From NCBI RefSeq assembly GCF_009914755.1, contig NC_060932.1: a stretch of 64,000 bases of DNA; one strand, 5' to 3'. The notes under the pieces are model-generated. The model did no database searches and was not told where the DNA came from. It saw nothing but the letters and a program-made list of their open reading frames with translations. Shown here one piece after another: positions 28,488-47,401 of this stretch; position 1 is the stretch's first letter; every line of letters begins with the position of its first letter. Origin of the DNA: the human T2T-CHM13v2.0 reference genome, Homo sapiens. The position numbers and the translations under genes were made by a program.

Positions 28488-29179
28488 TTACTGGGATTAT
28501 CCAGCAAGAGATTATGGTGTTTCTCATCAGAGTGGTAGCAGAAGAGGTAGTGAGAAGGTAGAAAAGTGATTGATCTATTTTTGCAGATAGAACCAATATG
28601 AATTCTTAACAGATCCAACTGAGTGAAAGAAGGAAAGAGTCAAGGATACTTCAAGAATATTGTCCAGATCAATGAGAAGAATGGAATTCTTATCAAGGGA
28701 GACATGGAATGCTGTGCCAGGTTTGAGAGAATGAAGATCAGAAGTTCAATATGGGGTATATTGAGATTGAGATGCCTAGTAGCCAAGTGGAGATGCCTAT
28801 AACACAGTCATATATACGAGTCTGGAGTTAGGAAGAGGAGTCTGGTGAGAAATTTAAATGTGGGAACTGTCAGCATACAGATGGCATTGAACACCATAAG
28901 CTGGATAGAATCTCCAAGGGAACAAATGCAGAGAAGAAAAGAAGACTAAAGATTGAGTCCTGGGTGATTGCAACATTAAAAGTCAAAGGAAAAGACTAGG
29001 AAACAGCAAAGGAGACTGATGAGAAGCAACCAATGATGTTGAAAAGAAAGGAAGAGAATGTAATGTCCTGGAAGACAAGTGAAAAAAGGTGTTTCAAAAA
29101 TGAGAGTAATCAACTGTGTGAAATGCTGCTAATAGGTTACATGAGATGAAAAGCAGTGGCCAATGGAAAAAGAAGTTTT

Positions 29180-29463
29180 GTTGTTATTTTTTATTCTTCT
29201 GAGATGGAGTCTCACTCTGTCTTCTAGACTGGCGTATAGTGGTGCAATCTCAGCTCACTACAGCCTCCATCTCCCAGGTTGAAGCGATTCTCCTGCCTCA
29301 GCCTCCCAAGTAGCATGCATCACCACGCCCAGCTAATTTTTGTACTTTTATGGGGTTTCACTGTGTTGGCCAGGCTGGTCTCGAACTTCTGACCTTAAAT
29401 GATCCATCTGCCTTGGCCTCCTCAAGTGCTGGGATTATAGGCATGAGCCACAGCCCCCGGCTG
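29180..29463 (-). mobile_element. Alu (AluS-like)
   Basis: Antisense dimer with TSD gaaaaagaa..ttt. Confidence 0.93.
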
Positions 29464-29789
29464 GAAAAAGAAACTTTAATGGAAACTTGGGAGGCAAAAG
29501 CCTGATTGAAATGGATTCAAAGGGAACAGGCATTGGAAGCAACAGGTATTGATAATTCTTCAACAAAGTTTTGCTGCAAACAGGGACAGAACTGTAGTGT
29601 GCAGCTGATGGGAGAAGGTAAGTCAAGAGAAAAATTATTTTTTATGCTTGGAAAAATTATATGTTTGTTTTCTCATGAGATGATCTAGGAGGGAGTAAAA
29701 AAAATTATGGGAGAGTTATTGAAATAATTTCCTTGGATAGACCAGAGAGAGTGAAATCTGGTAATTAAATGAAGGAGTTGCCTGAAGAT

Positions 29790-30558
<769 letters not shown>

Positions 30559-30566
30559 ATCAGGGG

Positions 30567-30924
30567 TGCCTTAGTTATTTTGGGATATTATCACAAGATA
30601 CCATAGACTGGGTGGCTTAAACAAGAAACATTTATTTCTCCCAGTTCTAAAGCCTGGAAGTCAGAGATCAGCGTGCCCACATGGTCAGGTTCTGGTAAGA
30701 ACCCTCTTCCTGGTTAGAGGTGTCTACCTTCTTACCATGTTCTCCCGTGGTGGAGAGAGTGAGCTAGCTCTCTGTTCTCTTTTTATAAGGGTACTAATCC
30801 CATCCTGAAGACTCTACCTTCATGACCTCAGCTAAACCCCCTAAAATCCCACCTCCGAATACTATCACATTGGGGATTAGGGTTTCAACATACAAATTTA
30901 GGGAGAACCCATTTGGTCTATAGC
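30567..30924 (-). mobile_element. MLT1A0-like LTR
   Basis: taccatagactgggtggcttaaacaa...tactatcacattggggattagggtttcaacata...tctatagca. Confidence 0.85.
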
Positions 30925-31108
30925 AAGAGGGTATTCTTACCTCTGCATGAAGACCTCATTCCTTATTTAAATTGGGAAATGGAATTGCAGTGATTCCAGG
31001 AGCAGATAAAGACGTGTTTACAGTGCACACTATTCAGATGACTCATCCTACTGGCTGGTGATCTTTCACCGTGGGTACTATTTGAATGTGAGTGGCTTGA
31101 ACCACTGG

Positions 31109-31150
31109 TTAACTTCCCAAGAACATAAATCTTTGTCATCTTTGTTCATT
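31109..31150 (-). repeat. Third short copy of the duplicated segment
   Basis: ttaacttcccaagaacataaatctttgtcatctttgttcatt matches 30133-30174 and the reverse complement of ~27262-27304. Confidence 0.9.
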
Positions 31151-31224
31151 TATATATATATATGTAATATATATGATTCTTCTGATTCTTCTCTCACTGT
31201 GCCATCTGAGTATGTACTGGGACA

Positions 31225-31345
31225 CCATCCTTTATCAGACAGATGCTGGATCAGTCCCTGAATCTACTGAGTCAGAACCTATGAGGACGAGGCTCAGTTT
31301 AACCAGCCCCCTAGATGATTCTGACCCACATCCAGGCTTGACACG
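31225..31345 (+). mobile_element. MER5-type hAT fragment
   Basis: ctactgagtcagaacc...tttaaccagccccctagatgattctga. Confidence 0.55.
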
Positions 31346-31901
31346 TGGGGCTACTCTTGAATTCCCAGACCTTTTCAGTGGCCATATTTGGAATCCAATT
31401 TTCAATATTGAAACTATATTCTTCTTTTAAATTCCAATTAGGATTCCAAATTAATGCAAAAATGAAAAGGAAAACACCAAGAGTTTTTTTCTTACAGCAA
31501 TAGAAAACTTTTTTCTCATGTAAAACGCTGGAAAGGTAAAGTGGTGCCATAAAAGTAAGATAGTCTGAACATTTTGTGGGGACCTGGAGGGTAGTGATTT
31601 TTTCCATTCTAGGGAAGTAAGGCATATTTCACTCTTCACAGTTTGAGGAAAGCTATTGTGACTGAGGTGTACATTTCTTAGTTCAGAAATACAAGACTGT
31701 CAGAGTAGGCTTTAGGTTCACATGGTCAGTCATACTCTTGATTATGGAGGAGAATCTAAAGACAAGAAGTGAAGAAAACAAGGTCTTAAAAGAAGTTAGC
31801 CATCTGAGCAAATTTTGTGAATATTTGTAAAATATAGATGTTATTGATCTCAGATGTAACTGCATACTACAGAACAATTACACTACATGTCAAGTTATTA
31901 A

Positions 31902-32233
<332 letters not shown>

Positions 32234-34246
32234 TATAATGTCATTTTAAATTTACAAATCTGATTCCATGTTCTCCAGTATGTATAACCAGGAAGCGACA
32301 GAGGCTTTCATTTGGGGGTGGAGACTGAGCCACACAGCCTGCAGAAGGCCTAGAAGGAACTGACACAAATATAAGCTGGTATTCTGGAGGTGGGTTTGGC
32401 AATGCAAATAGCGGTGAGGGAGCCGAGGATGTGCCTTAAACAGTCAGCACCCTTGGGGGATGCATCAGAGTGTTGGAGGGGTGCTTCTTTATGAGGCTCT
32501 AGGCTGTATCCATGGACACTTTTCTCCCACCATCAGTCTCTCCAGTTATATTTTAATGCAAGATTCTGAGTGGCCAAGGCATTCCAATCACACCCATTGG
32601 GCTTCAGGATGGCAGAACAGCAGCCCTAATTCGGGATTTCCCGGTAGTAGTGCTTGGTTTGTCTCCATAGATGAAGCCACTTACAGAGATGAGGAATGAA
32701 TAACTCTTTCAACAAAAGAACTCAGCTGTAAAAGGAGGATATATGAATATATGATAGGGATAATGGACTCACATGTGTTGCTTTAATATTATGCTGATTT
32801 ATTAAACCATAACAACTTCCTCTTGAAACATAATATAAATAATATATTATTTCTTTAAAATGTCTATATTCCCTTACCAGAGAGTAAGTCTCTTTAGAGG
32901 AGGGTCTGTCTGATTCATTTTTGTTTCCTCCAGAGCATTTGCATATAGAATGTATTCAATAAATAAATGTTTGGTGGTGATTAGATTAATGATAGTATTA
33001 AAACCTGATGAATTGGTAAATTATTTGAATTGAGGGGCTGGGAAAAAAGTTTTCTGGTTAAAAATGATCATGATGATAAATACTAAACATTTTTTGAGGG
33101 GGAGCATTCTTGATAATTTTGAGTATCTGGTAGAACACAAATAATGTGTTTATAAAATGTCAGAATGAATCCAAAGGAGAACCCTCAGGAGTCATTTTGT
33201 TCAAGAGGTAAGGGGTAGACAAAGTCATAAACCTGAATGAATTTTAGAGGGAAAGAAAGAAAGGGGTGAAGAAAGAAAAAATCAGACAGACTTAAGAGAT
33301 AAGAATTATAGGGTGAATCTGGAATGCTGGAAAGAAAAGTTATTGTTATGTGCAAAAGTATGATCCTTTGATTAGGTAAAATATCAGAGACACAAATCAG
33401 GTTAAATTGATTTTTTATTGTAATTACATTTAAAATTTTAGAATTCATCAGTAGGTATGAACAAACATATACATACATATATATAATTTATATTATAAGT
33501 TTATTATTTATACTATACATTATAAAAATAACTGAGAGATAAACTTTCGTTTATCCTTAATGCTAAAATAATTCATTTACCTTGGAGAGATCAGAACTCT
33601 GTCCATTTCCCCTACATAAAAACTAGAGAGTACTATTGCTTTCTCTTTCTCGGGCTTACTCTGGTCTCATAGAATATGCATTTTCATTTTTTTTCAACAG
33701 AATATCCGTGGATAGCTAAAATTTCTGCTTCCTTTGTCAACATTTGTATTTCCCCAGTGGACATTTCTGCAAAATTTATTTTCATTTCTTTGTTACCAGA
33801 GAAACTCTGTTGGTCAAGTTCAATAGCATCCTCAGCATAATTTCAGAAGGAAATTACAGGGAGCAATTGAAGTCCATCACTTTCTTGGAGGGGAAATATT
33901 AACACCCTCACCTCTTGCTCCCAATATTAGGTGGTAGGCAGGAGTGAGTTACTCATTTTCTGAAGGAGCAGTAACTCTTTGGACCCCTCGAGTCACTTGG
34001 TAAATAAACTCTAGCACTGCCCCGAAGAGTGCCTCAGAGATTTCAAGGAATAAATGCTTTAAAGGTAGGAAAATGCTAAGAAACACCATCATATAAGTGA
34101 GTTATTTCCAATTTTATTTTAAATACAGCCATATATTATTACATACAGCCACACATTATTAAATAATGTATTAATACATTATTATTAAATACAGCCATAT
34201 ATATGTATATATGTGTGTGTGTATATATATACATATATATGTAAGT

Positions 34247-34319
34247 ATGTAGCTGCTATACCCTCCTGAAGCAATGAATGTAGCTGCTATACCCTCCAGA
34301 AGCAATGATACCCTCCAGA
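34247..34319 (+). repeat. 31-bp tandem duplication plus a partial third unit
   Basis: atgtagctgctataccctcc(t/a)gaagcaatga x2, then taccctccaga. Confidence 0.9.
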
Positions 34320-34354
34320 GGTGATAACAGATACAAGTAACAACCACACTCTCT

Positions 34355-34436
34355 GGTTTTGACAACCAAAAATGTCTCCTGACATTTTCAAAGTCTCCCT
34401 AGAGGGCAAAATTGTCCCCATTGAAGACCACTGGGT
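34355..34436 (+). mobile_element. MER20 hAT fragment
   Basis: tgacaaccaaaaatgtctcctgacatt...agagggcaaaattgtccccattgaagaccactgg. Confidence 0.8.
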
Positions 34437-34439
34437 TAG

Positions 34440-35068
34440 ATAGAAACTTACATCTCACACATGGAGAGTCCAGGCTGGCATGGTCGCTCTGCTGTGCACT
34501 GGGAGCCCAGGTTCCTCCTCGCTTTGCAAATTGTACAAGCTGCCCTCATCACCTGGATGCCTACATCTCACTTAAGAGTCTCAGTTCTAGGAGGGCACAG
34601 ACAATGGTGTACTGGTAAACAGACTCTGTTAAAAAAAAAAAAAAAAAAACCAACACAATCAGGAACATTTTTTAAAAGCCCAGATTTGTAGTGTTTGCAG
34701 ATTCTTATGTTTTAAATACTCCTGCCATGGCTGATGTGAAACTACCAACAGTTTAACAACTGGCTTACTAAATTTCTGAATATTTACCATTTGTCCCTTG
34801 TAAGACAGTATTAGTGGGCTGCAGTATATCAACAGAGAAAGGGAAGGAAAAGATACAACCTTTTGTTGAAGGACAAAATGACATTTCACTTTTCTTCAGC
34901 CCCACTGGCCAAAACTTAGTCCCATGTTCACCTTAGCTGCAGGGGAGGCTGAAATGCAGTGTTTATTCTAAACAACCATGTATCCAGCCACAATACCAGG
35001 GGAATTTATCACCAAGAGAAAGAGAGAGAGAATATCTAGTGCTTGAAAATTATCAGTCTCTGCCACAA
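34440..35068 (-). mobile_element. Old MaLR LTR (MLT1J/K-like) with an internal hAT insert
   Basis: ccactggccaaaacttagtcccatgttcaccttagctgcaggggaggctgaaatgcagt...agtctctgccaca. Confidence 0.6.
34603..34790. mobile_element. MER63-like hAT-Blackjack fragment
   Basis: caatggtgtactggtaaa...gatttgtagtgtttgcagatt...aaatactcctgccatggctgat...ctaccaac. Confidence 0.55.
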
Positions 35069-35399
35069 TTTTATTTAAAAAATAACCAGAAAAATGAGAG
35101 TGAATTTTATCTGAGAGGATCTTAGAAATCTCAGCATCGAGAAGGTAATAAATAAAGAGAGATAAGTCACAGACTTCCTGCGACAGTCAAGAATTCCCCA
35201 TGCAGATGACACCCCAGGAGATGCCGGGTGATTGTTCTTACAATTTCTTCAGTTGAAGGTAAATGTGGCACTAGCCATTTATTCTTTTAGCTCACGTTGT
35301 TTGAAGTGCATCGCCTATGTACTTCACCCTTTGGACTCACTAGAAAACAAAGAGAATTTTGGAATTAGAAGAGGCTTAATAATGTTAATGATAATAATT

Positions 35400-35760
<361 letters not shown>

Positions 35761-38299
35761 TAGAGATTGTCTTTTCCAATCCTCTCTGTGCATTCATCCT
35801 CATTTCCCTGTATATCTCCCCATGTATGAAGGAGTTGAAAGAGTAAAAATGACACATCCCAGCTTCTTTTGCGGCTGCAGTTCTAGGTGGACGCTGGCTT
35901 CAAATCCTCTCCATGGATGTGAAGTTTTGGTGGCGGCGGGGTTCACAGTAGAAGCAGGGATTTCCTGACGACATCTAAGGTTGATGTGGCCTTAAAACCC
36001 AAAATCCAGTGGCAGCAATTTCAGAGCTTTCAGACTTTTGTAAGAATGATAATATGTAAGAATGATAAAATTTCTGTATTAATCCTATTTTACTTTAAAT
36101 TCCTAGCGTGGCACAAGACTTTACAGGTAACAAAATTGAGGCTGAAACGAGAGAAACACAGATGTTCCCAGGTCATAAAAACCTAGGCCTAGAGTTACAC
36201 TGTCTCAGCCTGGTAAGGGTTTCAATGGTATAGCGGAAAGTTGGTTTTGAGTTTTCAACTTAGGGTTGTCAGCTAATGGTTCTGGCAGGAGAACAGGCTT
36301 TAAAATTTTTCCTGATTTGTAAGACGGAAAATAGCATTTTCCTTTTAGGATTGCTGAGAAGATGGATTGAGAGATTTGGGTTGATGCTAATGGCAGATCC
36401 AAAATAATTGCCACTGAAGCAAGATTAAAGTTGATTTCTTTGTAATGCAAAAGTCCTAATGAGAAGTTCAGGCTTGGTATGGTGGGTGTACCTTCCTCAG
36501 AGTCCAGGCTCCTATCTTATTGCATGACAGTTTTAAACATTCAGCTTCCACATGGGACCTACGATGAGTATTTCCAAATCCAAGTCAGTGGGAACTGGAT
36601 GAGGGGAAGTGAGTGGTGTGGCTTTTCCTTTAAGGACCAGACCTAGAGTTGTACACCTCGTTTCCATTCATGCTGCCATGTCTAGAAGTTAGCCAGGTTC
36701 CCATACTTTTGTTGCAAGTGCAGTCTTAAAAACATAACCTTCTGCTGGGCAGTTATGACCTCTGTTAAAAATACTTATTATTTTGTTAATACTATATAAG
36801 AAGGATATCATGAATATTAGAAATAACTAAAGTCTCTGCCACAGATACGATGACAAAGCACTTGGTCGATGAACAATGCTGATACGCATTACTACTGACA
36901 TCCTCCATCTTATTGGCTTAGGGTCTATTATCTCCTACACACAATATTATTTTGGATTTTGATTGAAAAGTAAAATATTTGGGGATCGTGTTACTTGAAA
37001 ATTTTAGGAAGTAATATCTGTCTCTGAATCAAGCTTCGATGTGAAATAGATCCTGAACCAAATCCCTAGAGAAAGTACCTTTGTATTTATAAAAGGATTT
37101 TTGTTCCTATATTGCCTTGTAGAAAAACAGTAATAAATAATGACATTTAGAAACCTTATCAGGGTATCGCACACACTCCAAGCTCTATGGCATTTCAAGT
37201 GGTATGTTTACTTTTGCAGAACATTCGAGCCCTTAATGCTGCTGGCGGCTATAACATTTTTCTAATTATTCTTTACAAGCAATGAATTGCACAGTTAGCA
37301 ATTTACCTGATGGGTAGAACATGGTTAATATGGTGAGTGGCCTGTTTACTTATCTAAGAAGACCTTTTAAAATCTCATAATGTTCACTTTAATAGGTAAG
37401 AAGAGGTAAATTATAGGGTTTGAAATGAGTTGGCCCTTGGAAAAATTGTGTAGTGAGCAAGCTGTTCTTTAACATTTTTCCACATTCTTTTTAGGTTTTA
37501 TTCTTCCTTCTCTTGCCAGTGGCCAGCACCATTAAGTTTCTGCTCCTTTGAATGCATCTCAACTCTGTCTTGTTGGCAGAGAGTGAGTACCTATTATTAT
37601 TATCACTTTGTTTATGAAGAAACCCCTTATGCCAAAGAAATAGAACCTAAATTCCTGGGACGGGGGTACCAGAAAGATTTGGAAGAAGATACTTTTCTTT
37701 GTACCCATAAATTCCTACCATGTTGGCAGCTGATTCCTCATACACAAAGGTGGGCATTGGCTAGATTCGTTGGAAAAGAAGCATTTCCATTTTTGGCAAA
37801 ATCAGCACATGGTTATGAGAATAAGGAAGGAGGCAAGGGTTACTTGGCCTTGAGACTATTAAAATTACTGAGACTATTAGAATGTTTTGTGAAGTTTGGA
37901 GTGGGCTTTGAGTTATAATTATTAATACTGTTATTCTTGATGAGTACAGATAGAAGAATAGCCATACTTCTCTGAGAATTTTTATTTACATAATTGATTA
38001 CACCACATTGGAACTGTTTGAGGTCGCTCTGCCTAGAGAAATGGTGCATGTCACAAAAGGAGATGTTTAAATACCTTCCCTCCTTCCCACGTGGCTTAGC
38101 TTTTTTAAAGTGGGCTTGGGCTGACTTCTTTTGTTCCAACACTTGAAGCGATATCTGAAAAACTGAGAGTTGACAGCAGATAACATTTTTGGGGAATTTT
38201 GGAATCCCTCAGCTGCATCTTTGACCATACAAGTCATTTTTATTTTTTTCTTTAAATTTTATGTATTCTATTTAAAAATGCATTTTATTTATCTTTTAA

Positions 38300-38903
38300 C
38301 TAAACTTTTATTTTAAGTTCAGGGTACACGAGCAGGTTTGTTATGTAGGCAAACTTGTGTCATGCGGGTTTGTTGTACAGATTATTTTGTCACCCAGCTT
38401 TTAAGCTTAGTAGCCATTATTTTTCCTGATCCTCTCCCTCTTCCCACTTTTCACCATCTGATAGGCCCCCATGTGTGTTGTTCCCCTGTAGTCTATGTGT
38501 TCTCATCATTTAGCTTCCAGTTATAAGTGAGAACACGTGGTATTTGGTTTTCTGTTCCTGCATTTGCTAAGTTTGCTAAGGAAAATGGCCTCTAGCTTCA
38601 TCCATGTTCCTGCAAAGGACATGATTCATTCTTTTTTGTGGCTGCATAGTATTCCATGGTATATATGTGTCATATTTTCTGTATCCACTCTATAATTGAT
38701 GGGCATTTAGGTTGATTCCATGTCTTTGCTATTGTGAATAGTGCTGCAATGAACATATGCACACATGTATTTTTATGACAGAAAGAGCTATTCCTTTGGG
38801 TATACAGCAGGTAATGAGATTGCTGAATTGAATGGTATTTCTGTCTTTAGGTCTTTGAGGAATCACCACACTGTCTTTCCCAATGGTTAAACTAATTTAC
38901 ACT
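38300..38903 (-). mobile_element. L1PA (older primate) 3' end
   Basis: aacttttattttaagttcagggtacac...gctgcatagtattccatggtatatatg...ctaatttacact. Confidence 0.92.
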
Positions 38904-39060
38904 GGAAATTGAGAGTGTTGCTAAGTACTAAAAATCATAAAATATTTTCTTGATAAAAAATTATATATAGATATGTCTTGTTATCTTGTGGCTCCAGCAG
39001 TTCAACTTTTCTCCCAGGGAAGGTAGTGATAGAGAAGATGTGTTAGTAAAATAAAAGCTC

Positions 39061-39346
39061 AGCCAGGCGCCATGGCTCATGCCTATAATTCTAACACTTT
39101 GAGAGGCCAAGGTGGGTGGATTGCTTGACTCCAGGAATTCAAGACCAGCCTAGGCAATATGGTGAAACTCTTCTCTAATAACAACACAATAAAATTAGCT
39201 GGGTGTGGTGACACATGCCTGTAGTCCCAGCTGCTTGGGAGGCTGAAGTGGGAGGATTGCTTGAGATTGAGAGGTCAAGGCTGCAGTGAGCTGTGATTGC
39301 ACCACTGTACTACAGCCTAGTGAGAACACATCTTGGAAAAAAAAAG
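39061..39346 (+). mobile_element. Alu (AluJ-like)
   Basis: Dimer with TSD aaaataaaagctc. Confidence 0.94.
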
Positions 39347-39524
39347 AAAATAAAAGCTCAAGACATTTTCAAATTGTGCAAAAGTTGGAAAAATGTGGCT
39401 GTAAGGGAAAAATCACCTAACAGTGGAGCTTGAAGCTTTCTTACATTCAACTGGCCATCAAATTTGGCTTTGTAACTTGCAACACTGAAAAAGAAGCTAA
39501 AATTAGTAGTTCACATTTTAAAAT

Positions 39525-42420
<2,896 letters not shown>

Positions 42421-43014
42421 CATAATTTATAAATAAGCCAAAAAAGATAAAATTCACATTTGTAGCCAGATGCCTGGATGAGAAATCAGTTCCTAAAAAT
42501 CAACCAATGAACCAAATGAACACAGAGAAAAGTTGATGACTAGAAGCTCTGGCAAACTCTGATTTCAAACCTGCTGACAAGCAGTTTCTGTCTAGTAAAA
42601 GAGAAAAACTTGAATTTGGACTGTGCTTTTTTGTGTGGACAAAAATAAATAGACTCTTTGGTTACACAAATATAAATAATCCACCCTACTATTCTTAGGG
42701 AAAATTGTAAAGTGGCTTGAATGCCGATGTTTTAGAGTAAAAACCTAGAAGTTCTCTTTGTAATATGAATTCCTTTTGTTTTGGCCAGACTGCCATTCTT
42801 GCAGACTTTACTTTTTTGGGAAATATTGTTCTTTATTGCACACATGTAGTCTGGATGCAGGGTGTCTACCTGCAAAATTTGGCTTGTTTTCATGGAACTG
42901 TGTGTGTAGCAGTCATCCCGTGGAGGTGAGGCTGAATGCAGGCAGGAGCTTTATGTCATGCTAGAGGAAATATGCTGAGAATCTCCTGCATAGACTTCAC
43001 CTGGGATTATCTTC

Positions 43015-43085
43015 CAGATTATGCCCCATAATAAGAATTATCCAACCCAAAATGTCAACAGTGCCGAGGTTGAGAAACTCTGCTA
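43015..43085. mobile_element. MER20 terminal fragment, followed by a MIR remnant to ~43190
   Basis: aagaattatccaacccaaaatgtcaacagtgccgaggttgagaaactctg. Confidence 0.7.
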
Positions 43086-43964
43086 CAGATGAAGAAATTT
43101 AGCCTTAGATAAGCTATGTAGTGTCCAAGTTCCCAAAGCCATAAAGTGGCTGAGCAGCACTCTGCATCCAGGGGTGTCTGGATGGAGAGCCTTCCTCATC
43201 CAGTCTGTAAAACAGGCCCTCAGTGCACCTAGGTCATGATAACATAACCAGGCATAGCCTCTTTTTTCCTATAAATTGAGCACTCTTGTTGAGTTTTACC
43301 CCCACTAAAATGGAGTTCAACTGTGGTGGAGATCACAAAGAGCTCGGCTTTTCTTTTTCAATACAACTTCATCTAAGCGTTGAAATTGGGCTCATTTTCA
43401 CTTTATTTTTGGCCCAAGATTGGGGTGTTTTTAATAAATGATTTTCTGAGTAGCTCCGTCTAATATAGAACTAGTGCATTGTATTCTAGAATATCTTCAG
43501 TCATTGTGGAAGTACCAGCGTATTATCCTAAGTGTCTATCATTGTCACTTGTCACTTTTTCTATCAACTCTTTCTCTCACTAATTTTTATTCTAGAGATT
43601 TCCTTTGGCCCATGAATAATGCTTTTAAGTTTCTAAAATAACCTGGGAGGGGATGGGATATACTTGAGAAGGCAAGATTCAGATTTGATTGTATAATAAA
43701 TTGGAAGAGTTAGAGACATGAGCAGAAACAAATAGGTATGCAGGATGATACTCTAAAGTGAAAGAAAAATTAAGCAAATACGAGTAGCAACTGCTTCTAT
43801 TAATGATGTGTGGTTGTATTTCGGATTAGAAATTCACTTTTGCAAAATTGTTCATCTGCAAAACAATTTGATGTGATTCATACAAACACTTTAGAGAATT
43901 TATATATGTGGAAAGGGATTTAATGTATGTATCTGAAGACATTTCACTGGATATATTGTCTTCT

Positions 43965-44885
43965 TGACCTTGCATTTCTCATCATCTCTTACTTGGATTA
44001 TTCCCAATAGCCTCTTAACTGGCTTCTTTGCCAGTAATGAAATAAATGTCCCTGGCAGTTTTTTTTTTTTTTTTTTTCCACATTACTATCAGGGTATGCT
44101 TTCTATAATTTAAATCTGACCATGCCATTATCCTGCTTAAGATTCTTCAACTGTTTCTATTGCTTTCCAAAGTGGCTGTGAAAACACCTAAGACCCTTCA
44201 CGTCTGGCCCCTGCCCACCCTGGAAGCTCCCCCTCCCTCTATAGGCTACCCAGGCTCAGGCCAAATGAAAGAATTTGCAGTTTTCCTCACAAGCCAGACT
44301 TTTTAGTGCCTAGTTGCACCTGCATTCGAGAAAGCCTCATTGTAGCTTGTGTACTCAGCAGACTCACTTATCTTTTTTTTCTCCATCTTTAAAAATTAAA
44401 AAAATTTTAATTGACACATTATAATTGTACATATTTATGGGGTACGATGTGATGTCTCGATGTAGTCTATGCTGTATAATGATCAATTCAGGGTAGTTAG
44501 CTTACCCACCGCCTCATACATTTATTATTTGTTTGTGTTGAGAACATTCAAAAGTGTCCAACAACACATGAATGGATAAAGAAAATGTGGACTATATACA
44601 CAATGGAATGTTTTTCATTCATCTGTTAAGACACAAGTAATGTTGCTTCTCTGAAGCTTCCCCACTTTCAGTTACATGCTCCTTCTATGTTCTCACAGTG
44701 ACCTCTGTGTGCCTTTCCTGCAACACTTACCTACACTGTAATGATCTATATACTCATCTGACTTTCCCACTAAATGTGGGACTCCCACTTAGCAGGACTT
44801 TATTATGTTCATGTCCGAATTCATCACATATTATATACTTTCTGGTATGCTCAAGGAATATTTTTAGAGCAAGAGAATGAATAAG
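43965..44885 (+). mobile_element. L2 3' region split by an L1 fragment
   Basis: catcatctcttacttggatta...aatagcctcttaactgg; aaatctgaccatgcc...cctgcttaag; ends agaatgaataa. Confidence 0.65.
44390..44612 (-). mobile_element. Short L1MA insertion with 5' inversion
   Basis: 44390-44553 is an antisense L1 3' end. 44554-44612 is sense L1 (gtgtccaacaacacatgaatggataaagaaaatgtgg...caatggaat). Confidence 0.75.
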
Positions 44886-45608
44886 TGAAAACATGTTGAA
44901 TACATAAAAATTACACTAAAGTCAAATTTAATTCATCACTTTCTAGAGCTCCTCTTGATTAACTTAGTCTTTTTTGTTAAAGCAGTCTGTAAAGGAGATT
45001 TATCTAAAAGTTTGGTTGTGATATATTTAAAATGTAATTGAAATTTTATAATTTCAATTATGTAAAATTATATATTATAATAAAATTGTGTATTTTTATA
45101 ATTATAATTTTATTATAAATTAAACAGATAATTTCCCATGTTCATTTTTGTGAGTGTGAAGGAACAAATATGAACAATTCCACATGTTCATTTTTGCGAG
45201 CGTGGAGGGAATATTTTAGAAGTGCATTCAAAATAAACAGTGTGACTCGAAGTACTATAGGACTTCAAAATTTCATTAGCCAGTTAGCACATTTTCATTT
45301 TCTAATAATCTGATGCTGAATTACTGCTAGGACAATATTTTAAAATCCCACTTCTAAAAATGTCTTCTACTACCTGGGAAAAGGCTAGTTTCCACTGAAT
45401 GATTTAATACTTTATGTGTACATTTAAGAGGACTAAATTGAACTTAACTTCAGTCATGCTTATTTTAAAGGAAAAAAAAAAAAACTTTCTTCCGGAAACG
45501 TCTTTCTGGTCATTTTTTTTTTTTACCTAATTAGTTACCTAGAAGAGTTCTGTTGTTTGGTTAGTATTTATCATAAATACTTGCCCTGAAAAAAATCACA
45601 TGCACTAA

Positions 45609-45996
<388 letters not shown>

Positions 45997-46406
45997 AAGA
46001 GGTATTACTTTAAAACAACAGAAAATGTTGTGGTGTTCAAATACTAAAATGTAAGTGTTAAGAAACCAGGTAGACAACAAAAGACAGGAAAAAATTCAAC
46101 AAACCAAATTCTGAGTAGAGCAGGTCAGAATCATGGTGTGTCAGACGTCATCTTGCTGTTCACAGAAACTTACACATCCACGGCTTACCAGAAATAGGAA
46201 CATCTAAGTTTTGCTCTAAACTTTACCATTGATCTGTGATTGTCATTTATCAAATGAGAAGAAATAGTTGTTGTTTGCTTACCTAGGAGTGTCAAGGCAG
46301 CACTTAAAGAAGCTATTTGAGCTTCTTCTAATAAGAAAGGCAGTAGAGGTACAAAATTATTTCTCTCTTACACAGTGAATTTAGTTAGAAGTAGTAGTAA
46401 GCTCCA

Positions 46407-47212
<806 letters not shown>

Positions 47213-47383
47213 ACATCCAGTCATTTAAATGCAAAACTGTTCTCGAGAAAAAGGTTTGAAGATTATTGTTTGGTATTTGCAAGAGGATTTTTAAAGTTTT
47301 TGTCAAAGATTAAATATCACACCTAAAAGATAGCTTAGGTAAAGGTTATTTAAAATAATTTTCAGAGGTTATGTCTGACAGGA

Positions 47384-47401
47384 GTCCACTGGAGGGCAGT
47401 A
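47384..47401 (+). promoter_or_regulatory. CTCF motif candidate
   Basis: gtccactggagggcagta, one mismatch to CCACTAGAGGGCAG. Confidence 0.4.

Noticed and set aside
33944-33977. Inverted repeat gagttact...agtaactc as a pre-miRNA or terminator
   Set aside because: The 8-bp stem is too short and no other supporting feature is present.
34247-34319. CRISPR-like repeat array
   Set aside because: Only two adjacent units with no spacers, in mammalian DNA with no cas genes.
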